64,000 bases of DNA, from NCBI RefSeq assembly GCF_009914755.1, contig NC_060928.1, one strand, 5' to 3'. The notes under the pieces were generated by a model. The model was not told the origin of the DNA. It ran no database searches and was given only the letters and a program-made list of their open reading frames with translations. Within the stretch, counting starts at the first letter, position 1; each line of letters starts with the position of its first letter. Below, in pieces: positions 49,390-64,000 of this stretch. A program made the translations under genes and the position numbers. This DNA is from the human T2T-CHM13v2.0 reference genome, Homo sapiens.

Positions 49390-50512
49390 CTTTCACAAAG
49401 TAGTCCCTGTTGGGCCCAATGAGCGCGTTGTAGGGGTAGCCGTAGTAGGCCAGTGTGTAGGGGTCGCAGGAGTACACGTAGCTGGGCTGCTGCGCTGCCT
49501 CAGCCGCGCCGCCGCCCCTGGCTGCCTTCTGGTAGCGCGAGTACTGCTCCTTGTCCACGGGCTTGGCCAGCGTGACCTCCAGGCACGAGCCCTCCAGCTC
49601 AGTGCCGTTGAGGTTGTTCATGGCATGCACGGCATCCTCGCGGCTGGTGAAGTGCACGAAGGCGTAGTCGCGGATCTTCTTGACGCGCTCCACGCAGCCG
49701 GGGTTGAACTGGCCGAAGCTCTTCTTGATGGTGTCCTCGGTGGTCTCGATCATGAGGTTGCGCACGTAGAGGATCTTCACGGTCTCCATCACGTCCTCGT
49801 CCACGTCGATCTCAGGCTCGGCCCAGTCCACGGCGATCTGGTGGCCCCACAGCTGGATGCGGCCAGGCATGAGCTTGCGGCGAGCCATGGCAGCCGCGCG
49901 GTGGCTCTCGTACTCCACGAAGGCGAAGCCGCGGTTCTTCATCTTGTCGGCCGCGCTGGCGTAGACGATCACGTCCAGCACGCCCTCGGTGACCTTGGCA
50001 ATCTCCTCCAGGATTTCCTCGCGCTTCTTCATCTTGGGGATCCCGCCGATGAAGAGGCGGCAGTTGTCCACGCTGCAGCACACGCCGAGCAGGCGGCCCG
50101 GGCGGATCTCGTAGTTGTTGAGCTCACGCACTGCGCGCTTGGCCTCGTGCTTGTGGCAGTACATGACGAAGGCGTAGCCGCGGTTCTTGCCGTCAAAGTC
50201 CATCATGAGGCGCAGCTCGTAGATGCGGCCCACGGCCTCGAACACGGGCACCAGCTCGTCCTCGTACACGTCGCGCGGGATCTTGCCCACGAAGACCTCG
50301 CAGCCACGCTGCGGGTGCGGGCCCTCCCAGCCGGGCGGTGGGCCGCCGTACTTGCGCTGCCCGTTCTCTTGCACCATGCTGTAGCCCGTGCGCTCCATCA
50401 GCGCCAGCAGTGCTGCCTCGTTGGGCGCGCCCGCCACGCCCTCGGGCACCTTGGCCGAGGACCCGGCGGCCGAGTCACTGCTCATGGCTGCGGTGGAATC
50501 CTCTGCGGTCAT
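49390..50512 (-). CDS. RBM47: RBM47 first coding exon, CDS part (aa 1-374 plus 1 nt): three RRM domains
   Basis: Translates [19 protein letters not shown]...RDYFVK, with RNP motifs [28 protein letters not shown] and LYVRNL/DYAFVHF. Acceptor ttctgcttccccag|G at 50543; donor AAAG|gttagt at 49390/49389. Recognised as RBM47 (A1CF/hnRNP R-Q family). Confidence 0.98.
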
Positions 50513-50560
50513 AATGTCAAAGGCATCCACAGCTGGCGGAAACCTGGGGAAGCAGAAAGA
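49400..50560. promoter_or_regulatory. Intragenic CpG island coinciding with the large RBM47 coding exon
   Basis: High GC and dense CpG against CpG-depleted flanking introns. Confidence 0.75.
50513..50543 (-). other. RBM47: 5'UTR portion (31 nt) of the first coding exon of RBM47
   Basis: Polypyrimidine tract plus AG at 50545-50544; ATG at 50512. Confidence 0.9.
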
Positions 50561-52249
50561 AGCGTGAGTGGGGAACCGCTGGATCTTGCCTCTTTTGGGT
50601 TGTGTTTCGCAGCCTTGCAAGTATGCATTAATAGGCCACGGGGAAGGGGAGGTGGTTTAAATGAGAAATAGGATGGAGGCGTTCTGGAAATGCAGCAGCC
50701 CTACATTTGTCTAAAATAGTCAAGTTGTCTTGCAGCAAAAACCAGAAGTGAGTTAGGAGAGAAAAAAAAAAATCAGAATGAGCAAGTACTTCCATTTCAT
50801 CAGTACCCCGACAGCTTTGAAGTTTTGCGAAGCTGCTCTCATTTTTGGTAAAAACCTCACGTTCTTTTGCTTCATTCCTGCACCGTTAACTCCACCTGAT
50901 TTCCTTGTTATATGGAATTTGACAAACTCCATGTATTTCTTTGGTGAACACAGCTTTCTTCTTTTCTTTTTTAAGGGAGTCTTTTTAATTGTAGGAATGG
51001 AAATACAGTGAAGATTTTAAATTATTAAAGAAAACTTTTAGGAGCTGTCATTGTATAGAGAGAGCTGTGTATTAAAGCTTTTTACAAGGAAGAAATGAAA
51101 TGTGCACATTGCCACGGGCTTGGTCCAGGAACTGTAATAAGAGCTAATCTGATTTTGATGGTGGCATTCAGGCAAAATTCTTGGTGTGAAGCATTCAAAG
51201 ATTTGGAATCAGTCCTTGAAGAGCTAGACTGACTTCAAGCTGGGGGACTGGGAAGCAGCATCTACCTGGTAAACCACACTATTGTTTTCAGAGAACTGTC
51301 ACCTGCATTCTCTTAATTTTCTTAACCTCTGTATATGGTACATGGTATTATCCTCAGTCCCAATTTGGTCATGGGGAAATAGGCTTAGGTTGAGTAAACT
51401 GCCCCATTTCACACAGCAAGTGTCAGCTTGTAGGCAGACTTGATTCCAAGTTTTCTGGCTCCAGATTCCCTGTTTTTTCTTCCAAACCAATGCTGGGCAA
51501 TCGAATTTTCTATGATGCTAGAAAAGCTGTCACTTGCCACATGTGGCTACTGAGCACTTGGAATGGGGCTAGTGTGACTAAGGAGCTGGATTTTAAATTT
51601 TAATTAAACAGCCACGTATCACAGTGCAGGTCTGAACTGTGCCGCCTTCACTTATATGGCCAAGGGCTCTGTGGAAGTGATTCTAAATTATGCAATAAGA
51701 TTATTACGATGAGCTGCAGACTATACTTCTGTAATGAAAGGCTCCAATTCGCCTTTTAAAAAATGAAATCTATTTCATTTTTTGGACTATAAAAGTATTC
51801 AGTTAAATTTATAGAAAGTTAAGAAAAGTACATAAGAAATTATTCCTAATTTTCCTACCCAATGATAGCACGATGAAACTTTCTCATCTGTTTTCTAGAT
51901 GTTTTCTTGAGGAGGTGGGAGGGGGAAGCCTGGCTTCCGCCTAATTTACATGGTGCTACTTTATGTTATAAGCATTCCTCTGTATTCTTAAAAATCTTTG
52001 TAAAAACATCATTTTTAATGGCCATATAAGGTTTCATCAATTAATTAGAACCCGGAGTATCATTCATTTTTTAAAATTTAGGACTAGGAGATGTATACAA
52101 GAATATTAAGGGAAATTTCAAGGATAATAAAAATGAATTTGATCATTGAAGGAAAAAATAAAACTATAATGAAACAAAATAAATCTGAGCTATTTATTTG
52201 CCAGATGGCCAAAATAGTCCTTTTGTGGTTAATTTGCTCTAATATCAAG

Positions 52250-52500
52250 CGGCAGTACAGTTTAGCAGGTAAGTATGTGGCTTCTGGAGCCAGACTGCAT
52301 ATGTTTGTTTGTGAATCTCAGCTCTAATACTTGCTAGTGTTAGCTGCTCCATGCCTCACCTCAGTTTCCCTACCTATAAAATCAGAATGATAATAATAGT
52401 ATTAACCTCATTAAGTTTAGAGGAGTGAGTTAATACATACACAGCATTTTGAATGGTGCCTAGAATATTATAAATGCTCAAGAAATGTCAGTTATTAATT
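52250..52500 (+). mobile_element. MIR
   Basis: ggcttctggagccagactgc...cctcagtttccctacctataaaat...aaatgctcaagaaatgtcagttatta. Confidence 0.7.
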
Positions 52501-52760
52501 TCATCCAAACTTTTGAGCAAAATCTTAGACCAATTCTTTCAATTTTAGAGTAATTCTTAAGATAAACATCTTCAGTTCTTTAAAAATATCTGTTACACGT
52601 GGCTTCTATTCTTATTATTTTTTTCCTCTTCAAGTGCTTGGAAGCTGGTTTGACGTCTCCAGTTATCATGAAATTTTTTTGTAGTATACTTGGAAAATTA
52701 GTTTCTGTAGTTTCAAGTTGAAAAACATTTTTTTTTCTTTTTTTTAAAATAGAGATGGAG

Positions 52761-52907
52761 GGCCAGGCAAAGTGGCTTGTGCCTGTAATCCCAGCTCTTA
52801 GGGAGGCAGAGGTGGGAGGATTACTTGAGCCCAGGAGTTTGAAACCTGCCTGGGCAATATAGAAAGACCTCGTTCTCCACAAAAAAAGGAACCAAAAAAA
52901 AAAAAGA
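52761..52907 (+). pseudogene. BC200 (BCYRN1) retro-pseudogene: Alu domain plus A-rich domain, lacking the C-rich 3' domain
   Basis: BC200-type diagnostics CCCAGCTCTTAGGGAGGC, ACCTGCCTGGGCAATATAG and CGTTCTCCACAAAAAAAGGAA; 16-bp TSD TAAAATAGAGAT(G/A)GAG at 52745-52760 and 52915-52930. Confidence 0.8.
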
Positions 52908-52930
52908 TCCCAATTAAAATAGAGATAGAG

Positions 52931-53038
52931 TCTCACTATGTTACCCCAGCTAGTCTCGAACTCCTGGGCTCAAGTAATCCTCCTGCCTCAGCCTCCCAAA
53001 GTGCTAGGATTACAGGCATGAGCCACCACACCCAACCA
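52931..53038 (-). mobile_element. Alu monomer (FLAM-like); its tail lies at ~52727-52760, separated by the BC200 insertion
   Basis: tctcactatgttacccc...ggattacaggcatgagccaccacaccc. Confidence 0.8.
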
Positions 53039-53919
53039 AGAAATTTCAACATTAAATCTGAACATGAAGACCTTTCCCTTCTTCCAAATGGAAGATAAGG
53101 ATATATTTTTAAGAGGACTATTTGCATAAACACCCATGTAGTTACAATCTGTGACCTAGGCAGGAAATGCCAGGTACATATATAAATACATAGGAGACAA
53201 TTCAAGATCTTACCTGTTGTACTGTATACAACATTAACTGACTAAAGTCCAAGGGAATAGAACTTATCTCTCTGCTGAGATAGGTGGAGTTGCCTTCCTG
53301 TCACCCTAACTGTGCTTTGAAACTACTATTCTACCTACAAAAACAGTCTTACAGTAGTCAGGCTACGGAGTCATTGCCAATTCCAACCCCAATAATATAA
53401 GAAAAAATCCTGTTTGCTTTCAGTCTGAAATCTGCTGGTGTCAGTAACACAATTATCTCTACATATTTTAAAATAGCGATAGCTTATTTCTTACATCAAT
53501 GAGCCAAGAAAAGCCTTTCTTCACCTATGCTATCATCTTCTGTAATAAACAAACCATGTTAGCGACCCGGTTTTTATTTTTACTTTGGCCTCTAGGAAGT
53601 TCACGATTGATTTTTTTCACTCCAATTTTAGTAACTGTAGGGGACATTACAACACACTTTCATGTTCATCTAATTTGGGTTATAGTTTCATTTTTTAGTT
53701 TTCTTCTATTTTTTCAGTTTTCCCAGTGACATGAATTGAGCTGTTTGTATTATTTATCTTATTGTTCACATGTTCTTATAAACCATGTTGTAATTTTGGA
53801 GGAGACGAATCAATGCATACATACATGCATATATATCTAATTACAGCCAGACATTGATTAATGCAATATCCAAATTTGCTGTGTCTCTTACACCAACTAC
53901 AAGTATTGCATACCAACAA

Positions 53920-54965
53920 GTGAGAACCACAATGAGATACTACTTCACACTCATTAGGATAGTTATTATAAAAACAACAAAAAACAGGAAATAAGCATTG
54001 GCAAGGACGTGGAGAAATTGAAACCCTCATGCAGTGCTGGTAGGAATATAAAATGGTACAGCCGCTGTAAAAAACAGTATGGTGGTTCCTCAAAAAATTA
54101 AACATAGAATTACCATTTGATCCAGCAATTCCACTTCTAGGTATATACCCAAAAGACTCAAATAGATACTTGTATAATGATGTTCACAGCAACAGTATTT
54201 ACAGTTGCCAAAAGATGGAAGCAACCCAAATGTTGATCAATGGATTATGATAAACAGAACGTGGTATACATATACAATGCAGTATTATTCAGCCTTTTTT
54301 CTTTTGCTTTTTTTTTAGACAGAGTCTCACTCTGTCACCCAGGCTGGCGTGCAGTGGTGCAGTCTCTGCTCACTGCAACCTCCACCTCTCAGGTTCAAAC
54401 AATTCACCTCAGCCTCCCAAGTAACTGGGACTACAGGCGCACACCACCACGCCCAGCTAATTTTTGTATTTTTAGTACAGGTGGGGTTTCACCATGTTGG
54501 CCAGGCTGGTCTTGAACTCCTGACCTCAGGTGCTCTGCCCGCCTCGGTCTCCCAAAATACTGGGATTACACGTGTGAGCCACCGTGCCCGGCTTATTCAG
54601 CCTTGAATAAAATTCTGATACGTGCTACAATATGGAAGAACCTTGAAGACATTATGCTAATAGTGAAATAAGCCAGACACAAAGGGATAAATATTATATG
54701 ATTCCACTTATATAAGGTACCTAGAGTAGTCAAATTCATAGACAGAAAGTAGACTAGTGGTTACCATGGGCTGGAGAAAGGGAGGAGTGGGGAATTAGTG
54801 CTTCATGGGTGTGGGTGTCTTAATTAGGGATAATAAAGGTCTGGAGATGGATGGTGGTGATGGCAGCACAACAGTGTGAATATACTTCCTGCCAATGAAC
54901 CATACACTTAAAAATGGTAAAATGTTATGTATAATATACCACAGTAAAAACAAAATCCTTTAAAA
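53920..54965 (+). mobile_element. L1M 3' end interrupted by an Alu
   Basis: accacaatgagatactacttcacac...gatccagcaattccacttctaggtatataccc...catacacttaaaaatgg. Confidence 0.85.
54296..54592 (-). mobile_element. Alu in L1
   Basis: TSD ttattcagcctt. Confidence 0.92.
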
Positions 54966-55030
54966 AAAAGAGAAGGTTCAGAGATGCAAAAAAGACAAAA
55001 ATTAGAGTTGATAAAACTAGGATTTCATTA

Positions 55031-55375
<345 letters not shown>

Positions 55376-55537
55376 TACACTGACTCAGGTTAACACATTC
55401 AAGAAAATCTTATGGCCTACAAGTTTTATTCTCCTTATCATCATGTTTAATATACCATATTAAATAAATTATATGGTGTGCTACTCTACTCAATGAATTC
55501 AGATGCCAAACACTTAGATATATTAAAAGATAAATGA

Positions 55538-55850
55538 GGCTGGGCTCAGTGGCTCACGCCTGTAATTCTGGCACTTTGGGCGGCTGAGGCAGGTAGATTG
55601 CTTAAGCTCAGGAGCACGAGACCAGCCTGGGCAACATGGCAAAACCCCATCTCTACAAAAAGTACAAAAATTAGCCGGGCATGGTGGTGTGTGCCTGTAG
55701 TCCCAGCTATTTGGGAGGCTGAGGTGGAAGGATCACCTGAGCTCAGGAAGTTGAGGCTGCAGTGAGCTGTGACTGCGCCACTGCACTCCAGCCTAGGCAA
55801 CAGAGTGAGAACCTGTCTCAAAAACAACAACAACAATAACGAAAAGGAAA
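55538..55850 (+). mobile_element. Alu (AluJ-like)
   Basis: Full dimer. Confidence 0.9.
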
Positions 55851-55957
55851 AGATTTTCAAGTTACTTTGAAAAAGACAACTGTACAGCTAACATGACCCT
55901 TCTCTCAAAGATGTAATGAAATGCTTAACTTATTGTAATTATATGTGCTTTAGATTA

Positions 55958-56172
55958 GCATTGGCAAGCTATGGCTGTGGGCCAAATATGGCCTGCTGTT
56001 TGTTTCTATAAATAAAATTGTATTGGAACACAACCCTATCCTTAAAAAAAAAAAAAAGAAAAGATAATGTGTGGCTGCTTTTATACTACAATGGCAAAGC
56101 GAAATAGTTGAGACCCAGACAGTGTGGCTCATAAAGCCTAAGGTATTTACTCTCCGGCTCTGTTGACCCCTG
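55958..56172. mobile_element. MER58-like hAT-Charlie MITE
   Basis: ggcaagctatggctgtgggccaaat...aataaaattgtattggaacac...ttgacccctg. Confidence 0.7.
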
Positions 56173-56290
56173 GTCTAGGAGATGTGGAAGAGCGCATCCT
56201 TGAAGCTCTTAGATTCTGCTTGCTACGTATAATAGTTTTCCTATGCTGAATGATAACTTAATTTCAGGACTAATTTTTAAATTCTAACTG

Positions 56291-56579
<289 letters not shown>

Positions 56580-56600
56580 TTAAATTCTAACATATTTTAA

Positions 56601-56960
<360 letters not shown>

Positions 56961-58075
56961 TTAACTCCAATGGCCAAATTTATGAGACATGGAAGAAGAA
57001 AATATCTGATGAAGGTTGTTGGCTCAGCTCCTGACACTTATATATTAATAATTTCTTAAAATTCCAAAAGAGATACAAGAGGGTTTGTTTTCATTCATTC
57101 ATTCATTCATTCAGCAAATAGTTATTGACCACCTGCTATGTGCCAGATACTGTGCTAGCTATGGTGGACCTCGTCCTTGTGGAGCTGACTTCTGAGTTAA
57201 GTGAACTCAGTTAACTGAATTACGCTTCAAATGCCAAATAGGTGAGAATTGAGGTATTTGTACTCATGGTTACTGACCAGAGCCTGCTTCAAAAGGGTCA
57301 TACACCTCAACATTGTTAACATTCGTTTCTGATAAGGCCATAGTTCCCCAAGTTAAAAGCCCATATACCATCAGAATTTTGCTTTTAAATATATCAGGGG
57401 TGTCTGGGGACTAGTGTGAAATACCATATCCTGAATGTTGAGATTCTTGCTTGGGGCAGAAGTGTGGACAGAATGAATAATAAGTATACTTCAGAAGTAG
57501 AAACTTATCTGTGAGCCAATCAAAATATCTAGATAAATAACACAGAGTTCCCCAGTTTCATCCATTCACCATGTGACAGTTTTAAAAGGGACTGGGCATT
57601 CTGGTTTAGGCTTCGTAGCATGTTGAATAAATGCAAGTCTCTAGAGTCAGACAGTCTGAAGTCCAAATCTTAGTTCCTCTACTTCTAGCTGTGAACCTTG
57701 AGAAAAGCCATTTAACATCATTAAGAATCTATATTCTCATCTCTAAAATGATGACTGTATTAACCAATGTTTACTGAATGTCTATTATGTGACAGGCAGA
57801 GTGCTATGCTTGTGCATATTAACTCATTCTAATCCTCACAGTGTCTATATGGTATACTACTAGGGTCTCCACCCTACAGATAGGGAAACTGAGGCACAGA
57901 GAGGCTAAGTAGATTCTCAGTTAATGAGCATCAGAGCTGGTGTGTGAACCCTGGGAGTCTGATTTTCATCATAGGGCTGTGATGAGGATTAAGTAAAATG
58001 ATTTGTGTAAAGTTCTTAGTGCAGAACCTAGCACTAAGTGATCAAGGAATGTTAGCACAAGAAAACTGAACTTAA

Positions 58076-58396
<321 letters not shown>

Positions 58397-59212
58397 TTAA
58401 AAAAAAAATTGAACTGGAGGGAAGAATCTTGCCCCATGTAGGATTCTGTGTTTATGGGAAAACAGGCAAGAGGTTATCCCAGCCAACTTTAAACCAGTCA
58501 GTAGAGAAGCCTAGCCTGTGAGTTCTGGTGGAGACTAGTGTATCAGAGTCTCCCAGATTCCTTTCATAGCAGGTAAGCTGTCTGGCAGTGTGATTCTCCA
58601 CTGGTGATGTGGCTTATGCATCCATGTGTAAGCCTGTTTCTCACCTAATCCTTGGCTAAAGCACTTTGCAGAAGCTCTCCCAGAAAGAACATGAAGAGAC
58701 TTGCCACATTGGATGCAAAATGTCCAACCATCTATGTAGATGCCAAATCCCCTGAGGTAGGACCCTCCCAGCACACAGCTATTCTTCCCAACACTAAAAA
58801 TGCATGAGTCTTCACTGAAGGCTGCTAGCATTAAATAAACATGGCAATATATTTGAAATAAATCATTTACTCACAGTTTTGTATATAAAACAAGCAGAAA
58901 AAATATACCTTCAAATCAAGCTATTATTATTCTGAACTAGGGATTTTTGTTATGTTTTAGGGAGAGTTTGAACTTGTTGGGTTAAAATAAAATTTCAAGG
59001 CAAACAGGTAAAGCAGACATCATCAAGGATTTGAATTCTCTTTTTAGCGTTTGTTCAGAGTAGCTTTCATTAGGATTTTAACTTTGAACTGGGACATTTT
59101 AGAGGGCAAAGGATACCAGTGTACTACTGGGAAATATTATCAATGTTTACATACCAGTGTTTACCTAGGATCAAAATCATGCATGAGTTTACTCTAGAAT
59201 TAATAAGACTAC

Positions 59213-60049
<837 letters not shown>

Positions 60050-60199
60050 TTAATTCAGTGGAGGGTTTTAAAATGTGTTGATCCAAGAGATAATTCTATC
60101 TCTGTGGTTAGATTTCTATTTTGATGTTCCTTATTCATACCATAAAATTTTGTCCTAATAATCACGTCTTAAGCATGACCTAACACACACAATGCACAT

Positions 60200-60400
60200 A
60201 AGAGCAAAGGCTTTGGAGTCAGAGATCTAAGTTCAAGTCATGACTGTGCCACTTACTAGCTGTGTCTCCTCAGGCAAATCACCTTAGTTCCATTTCCACA
60301 TCTCTAAGATGGTTCTAGTAACAGCACCAGGACTAAGTGACATTTGGCAATGTGTAGCACACAATTTGTTTAAAAAGTTTGGCAATTATTATTATTACTT
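60200..60400 (+). mobile_element. MIR
   Basis: ggctttggagtcagaga...gccacttactagctgtgt. Confidence 0.65.
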
Positions 60401-61304
60401 TAAAGAATGCCACTTAAAAGCCATAGTTTGTGTTTTAGAGAGGAGTCTCTCACAAAAGTTCAGAATAACCTCATGGTTTACAGAAAAATTATTTGATTAT
60501 TTGGTAAAGGAAGATGTTGCCCCAAACTTGGGGTGAAGGAGGGGGTGGGGTAGGAAATCAGAGAGAAAAACAGTTTCTGCAAAAGGTTTCCAAGATTTGG
60601 CCTTACCCTGAGCATTTATCTTACTGCCTTGGTCCAAGTTACCACCACCCAGTAGAATAAACATTGGAGAGGACACGCCCACTCTCGGGCAGGCCCCTGG
60701 CACCAGGATGTTTCTATTACCTCAGAGTTTGAAAGTGGAAAAGGAGTTCCACTCAAAATGGAGGCAGAACATGGAATTTACTTGGGAGGTCAAACAATAA
60801 GCCGAAGACTTTGAAACACGGGCTCTTTTTTTCTATCACAGGCAGGGACCTCTTGCTACTGAAAAGCATGGCCCTTGGGGCACATAAACATCTCTCCTTG
60901 ACTCTCCTTTCTTTAGGTAAAATCCTGGGAGGTTGAAGATACAAGGGAATAATGACATTCCGGGCCATGCCTTCTGCCCACCCCTCGCTCATCCGAGAAA
61001 GCGTTCATTCATAATGGGTCTTAATTGTGTTGATGATTGTACAGATTTTGTTATGTCAAAGCACATCATTCAATGAATGCTTGTGTATGATAAACAGATG
61101 CAAAGCCAAGAGGCTCAATTTTCCCAGACGTTTCTATCAACACACACCTGAGAATGCGGCCTTTTGCTGTGGGTTCTCAGGGAGGCCTGCTGTGTACTAC
61201 AAGACGGCTGAAGCCACCCTCCCGAAAGGGGTGGAGTGGGGAGATTTTCTGCAGGGGTTTGGCAGCACACAAATACCAGTTAGGAAACTATTATCTTGTT
61301 CCCT

Positions 61305-61598
61305 TTATTTATTTAGACGGAATCTCATTCTGTCGCCCAGGCTGGAGTGCAGTGGCGCCATCTCAGCTCACTGAAGCCTCCACCGCCCGGGTTCAAGTGA
61401 TTCTCCTGCCTCAGCCTCCGGAGTAGTTAGGACTACAGGCATGCACCACCACGCCCAGCTAAGTTTTGTACTTTTTTTAGTAGAGATGAGGATTCACCAT
61501 GTTGGCCAGCCTGGTCTCGAACTCCTGGCCTCAAATGATCCGCCTGCCTTGGCCTCCTAAAGTGCTGGTTTTATAGGTGTGAGCCACCGCACCTGGCC
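61305..61598 (-). mobile_element. Alu
   Basis: TSD ttgttcccttta. Confidence 0.92.
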
Positions 61599-61915
61599 TT
61601 GTTCCCTTTAAATAAGCATTACTTACACTTTGTCTCTAAAGGTTGATGGGGTAATGCTGAAACCAACAAAAATGAAACTCACAAATTCAGCACACATATG
61701 CCTCCCGGGCCAACGTTTTTCCAATCCATGAACAAACAGTAGGAGGGACTTCTAGTTTCACTCCTTACCTTGGCTCCTTTGACCTAAGCCTTTGAGGGAT
61801 CTGGCAAGGAACAGAAAGGCCGACTGGCAGACACCAGAAAGGAAAAGGAAGGAGAAGCCACAGTGGCTTCTATCATTTAACACTAGCTTGAATTCATACA
61901 GTGTTTTGCAATTTA

Positions 61916-62235
<320 letters not shown>

Positions 62236-62311
62236 TTATTTCACATATATTATCTAATTTCATAAAATCCCAGAATTTGAGCTGCTCAGGGAATATAGGT
62301 GTTCTCTAACC

Positions 62312-62532
62312 CAGGGTTTTTGAACCTCAGCCCTATTGATATTTGTGATAATTCTATGTTATGAGGGGCTGTCTTGTGTGTTTTCAGATGTTTCATAACA
62401 TCCCTGTCCTCTACCCACTAGATGCAAAAGCCCCCTACCTCCACAATGTTGTGACAACCAGAAATGTCTCCAGACATTGCAAATCTGGGGGCAGGGGGTG
62501 CGCATAAAATTGCTTTCTGTCGAGAATTACTG
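62312..62532. mobile_element. MER20 (hAT-Charlie) element
   Basis: aacctcagccctattgatattt...ctctacccactagatgc...gttgtgacaaccagaaatgtctccagacattgc. Confidence 0.8.
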
Positions 62533-62635
62533 GTGGAGTCTATCTTGGAGCTGTGTAATATGATTATATACTGGCACACATGGTAGGTACTTTTTAAATA
62601 GAGAAGAAGTTGTTATTTTCTACAGCCCTCCCTCA

Positions 62636-62824
<189 letters not shown>

Positions 62825-63470
62825 TCAAGGCTATCAAGACTGAGAAACGTGCAACATTTTTCAAGGGTTTGAGGTAAGTGTCTCTGTGATACAATAATAC
62901 TCATTTAATTTGGTTGAAACACTATCAATTTAATTTTCAGACAAAACAACAGCTACCATAAAGGCTTGTTAAGAATGGTTCTGTTGTCTAATTGACTTGT
63001 CATCACAGCAAACTTGACAGGCCTGGGTCATAGAAACATCACTGCCGAAATCAGTCTAAAGCATCCAACTGTCTCATTTAAATTCCGACCCCGCTGCTAC
63101 ATGGACACATGAGAACTGCTGACAATCTGGTTTTTAAGACTTGGGCTGTTTTCAAATGTCATTACTGGTTTCTTCAATAATGCAATAACCCTTACTTAAA
63201 ATTTACAGTTTTTTTTTAAAGACATACTATGAACAATCACTGAAAATGGGCTTCTGGGATACAGTCAATTCACTGGTACTAAAGTCAGCATCTGTACAGG
63301 TCTGTAGGCAAAAGGCAATGATGTGGTAAAATAAATGATTAAACAATATTTGCATATGAATTGATTCATTCCCTCGCTCATTCAAACACTAATTGAGCAC
63401 TGGCTGCGTATGAGGCTGTGCTAGATGCTTGGGGATACAGTGGTGGCTACTGCATGTTCCTTGGAGTTCA

Positions 63471-63999
<529 letters not shown>

Positions 64000-64000
64000 C

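Noticed and set aside
49812-50081. 89-aa alternative-frame ORF inside the exon
   Set aside because: Non-ATG start and a by-product of GC-rich coding sequence.
50544-50620. N-terminal extension (MQGCETQ...) of the 411-aa ORF in the track
   Set aside because: It begins at TTG and lies in the intron upstream of the acceptor; the real start is the ATG at 50512.
49253-50671. 472-aa plus-strand ORF antisense to RBM47
   Set aside because: It is in exact codon register with the RBM47 CDS. It stays open because the GC3-rich exon avoids TTA, CTA and TCA codons. The H/V/L/A-rich composition is typical of a shadow ORF.
53214-53241. Strong donor CAG|GTAAGA at 53214/53213 on the minus strand as a cryptic exon
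   Set aside because: Nearby acceptors are weak, and isolated consensus donors are common in long introns.

Overview
This window is human (or great-ape) genomic DNA, not prokaryotic. It holds the 3' part of RBM47 (chr4p14 from recall; a three-RRM RNA-binding protein and APOBEC1 C-to-U editing cofactor) on the minus strand. Four coding exons (CDS 50512-49390, 48271-48065, 44502-44291, 37804-37565) splice with canonical GT-AG into an intact 593-aa ORF. A ~2.6-kb 3'UTR ends after AATAAA at 34971-34966. The promoter and upstream non-coding exons lie beyond the right edge. Positions 1-34900 are intergenic and repeat-rich: many Alus (about 50 in the whole window), L1, L2, MIR, MaLR LTRs including a THE1 provirus, and MER DNA transposons. 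Almost all short ORFs in the track are Alu- or low-complexity-derived. I found no new multi-gene system. The most unusual structures are: (1) a MADE1 MITE whose centre holds a ~256-bp copy of DNA from ~1.9 kb away, with a 16-bp duplication and microhomology at both junctions; (2) a start exon that, if back-spliced, gives a fully coding circle (385 aa) ending on a TGA that overlaps the ATG, the same TGA that closes a 5-codon uORF; (3) a BC200 retrocopy inserted antiparallel into a FLAM; (4) NAGNAG acceptors on two consecutive exons; (5) a palindromic 26-bp purine/pyrimidine-alternating minisatellite. Repeat families were assigned by eye from remembered consensus sequences, so repeat boundaries are approximate.
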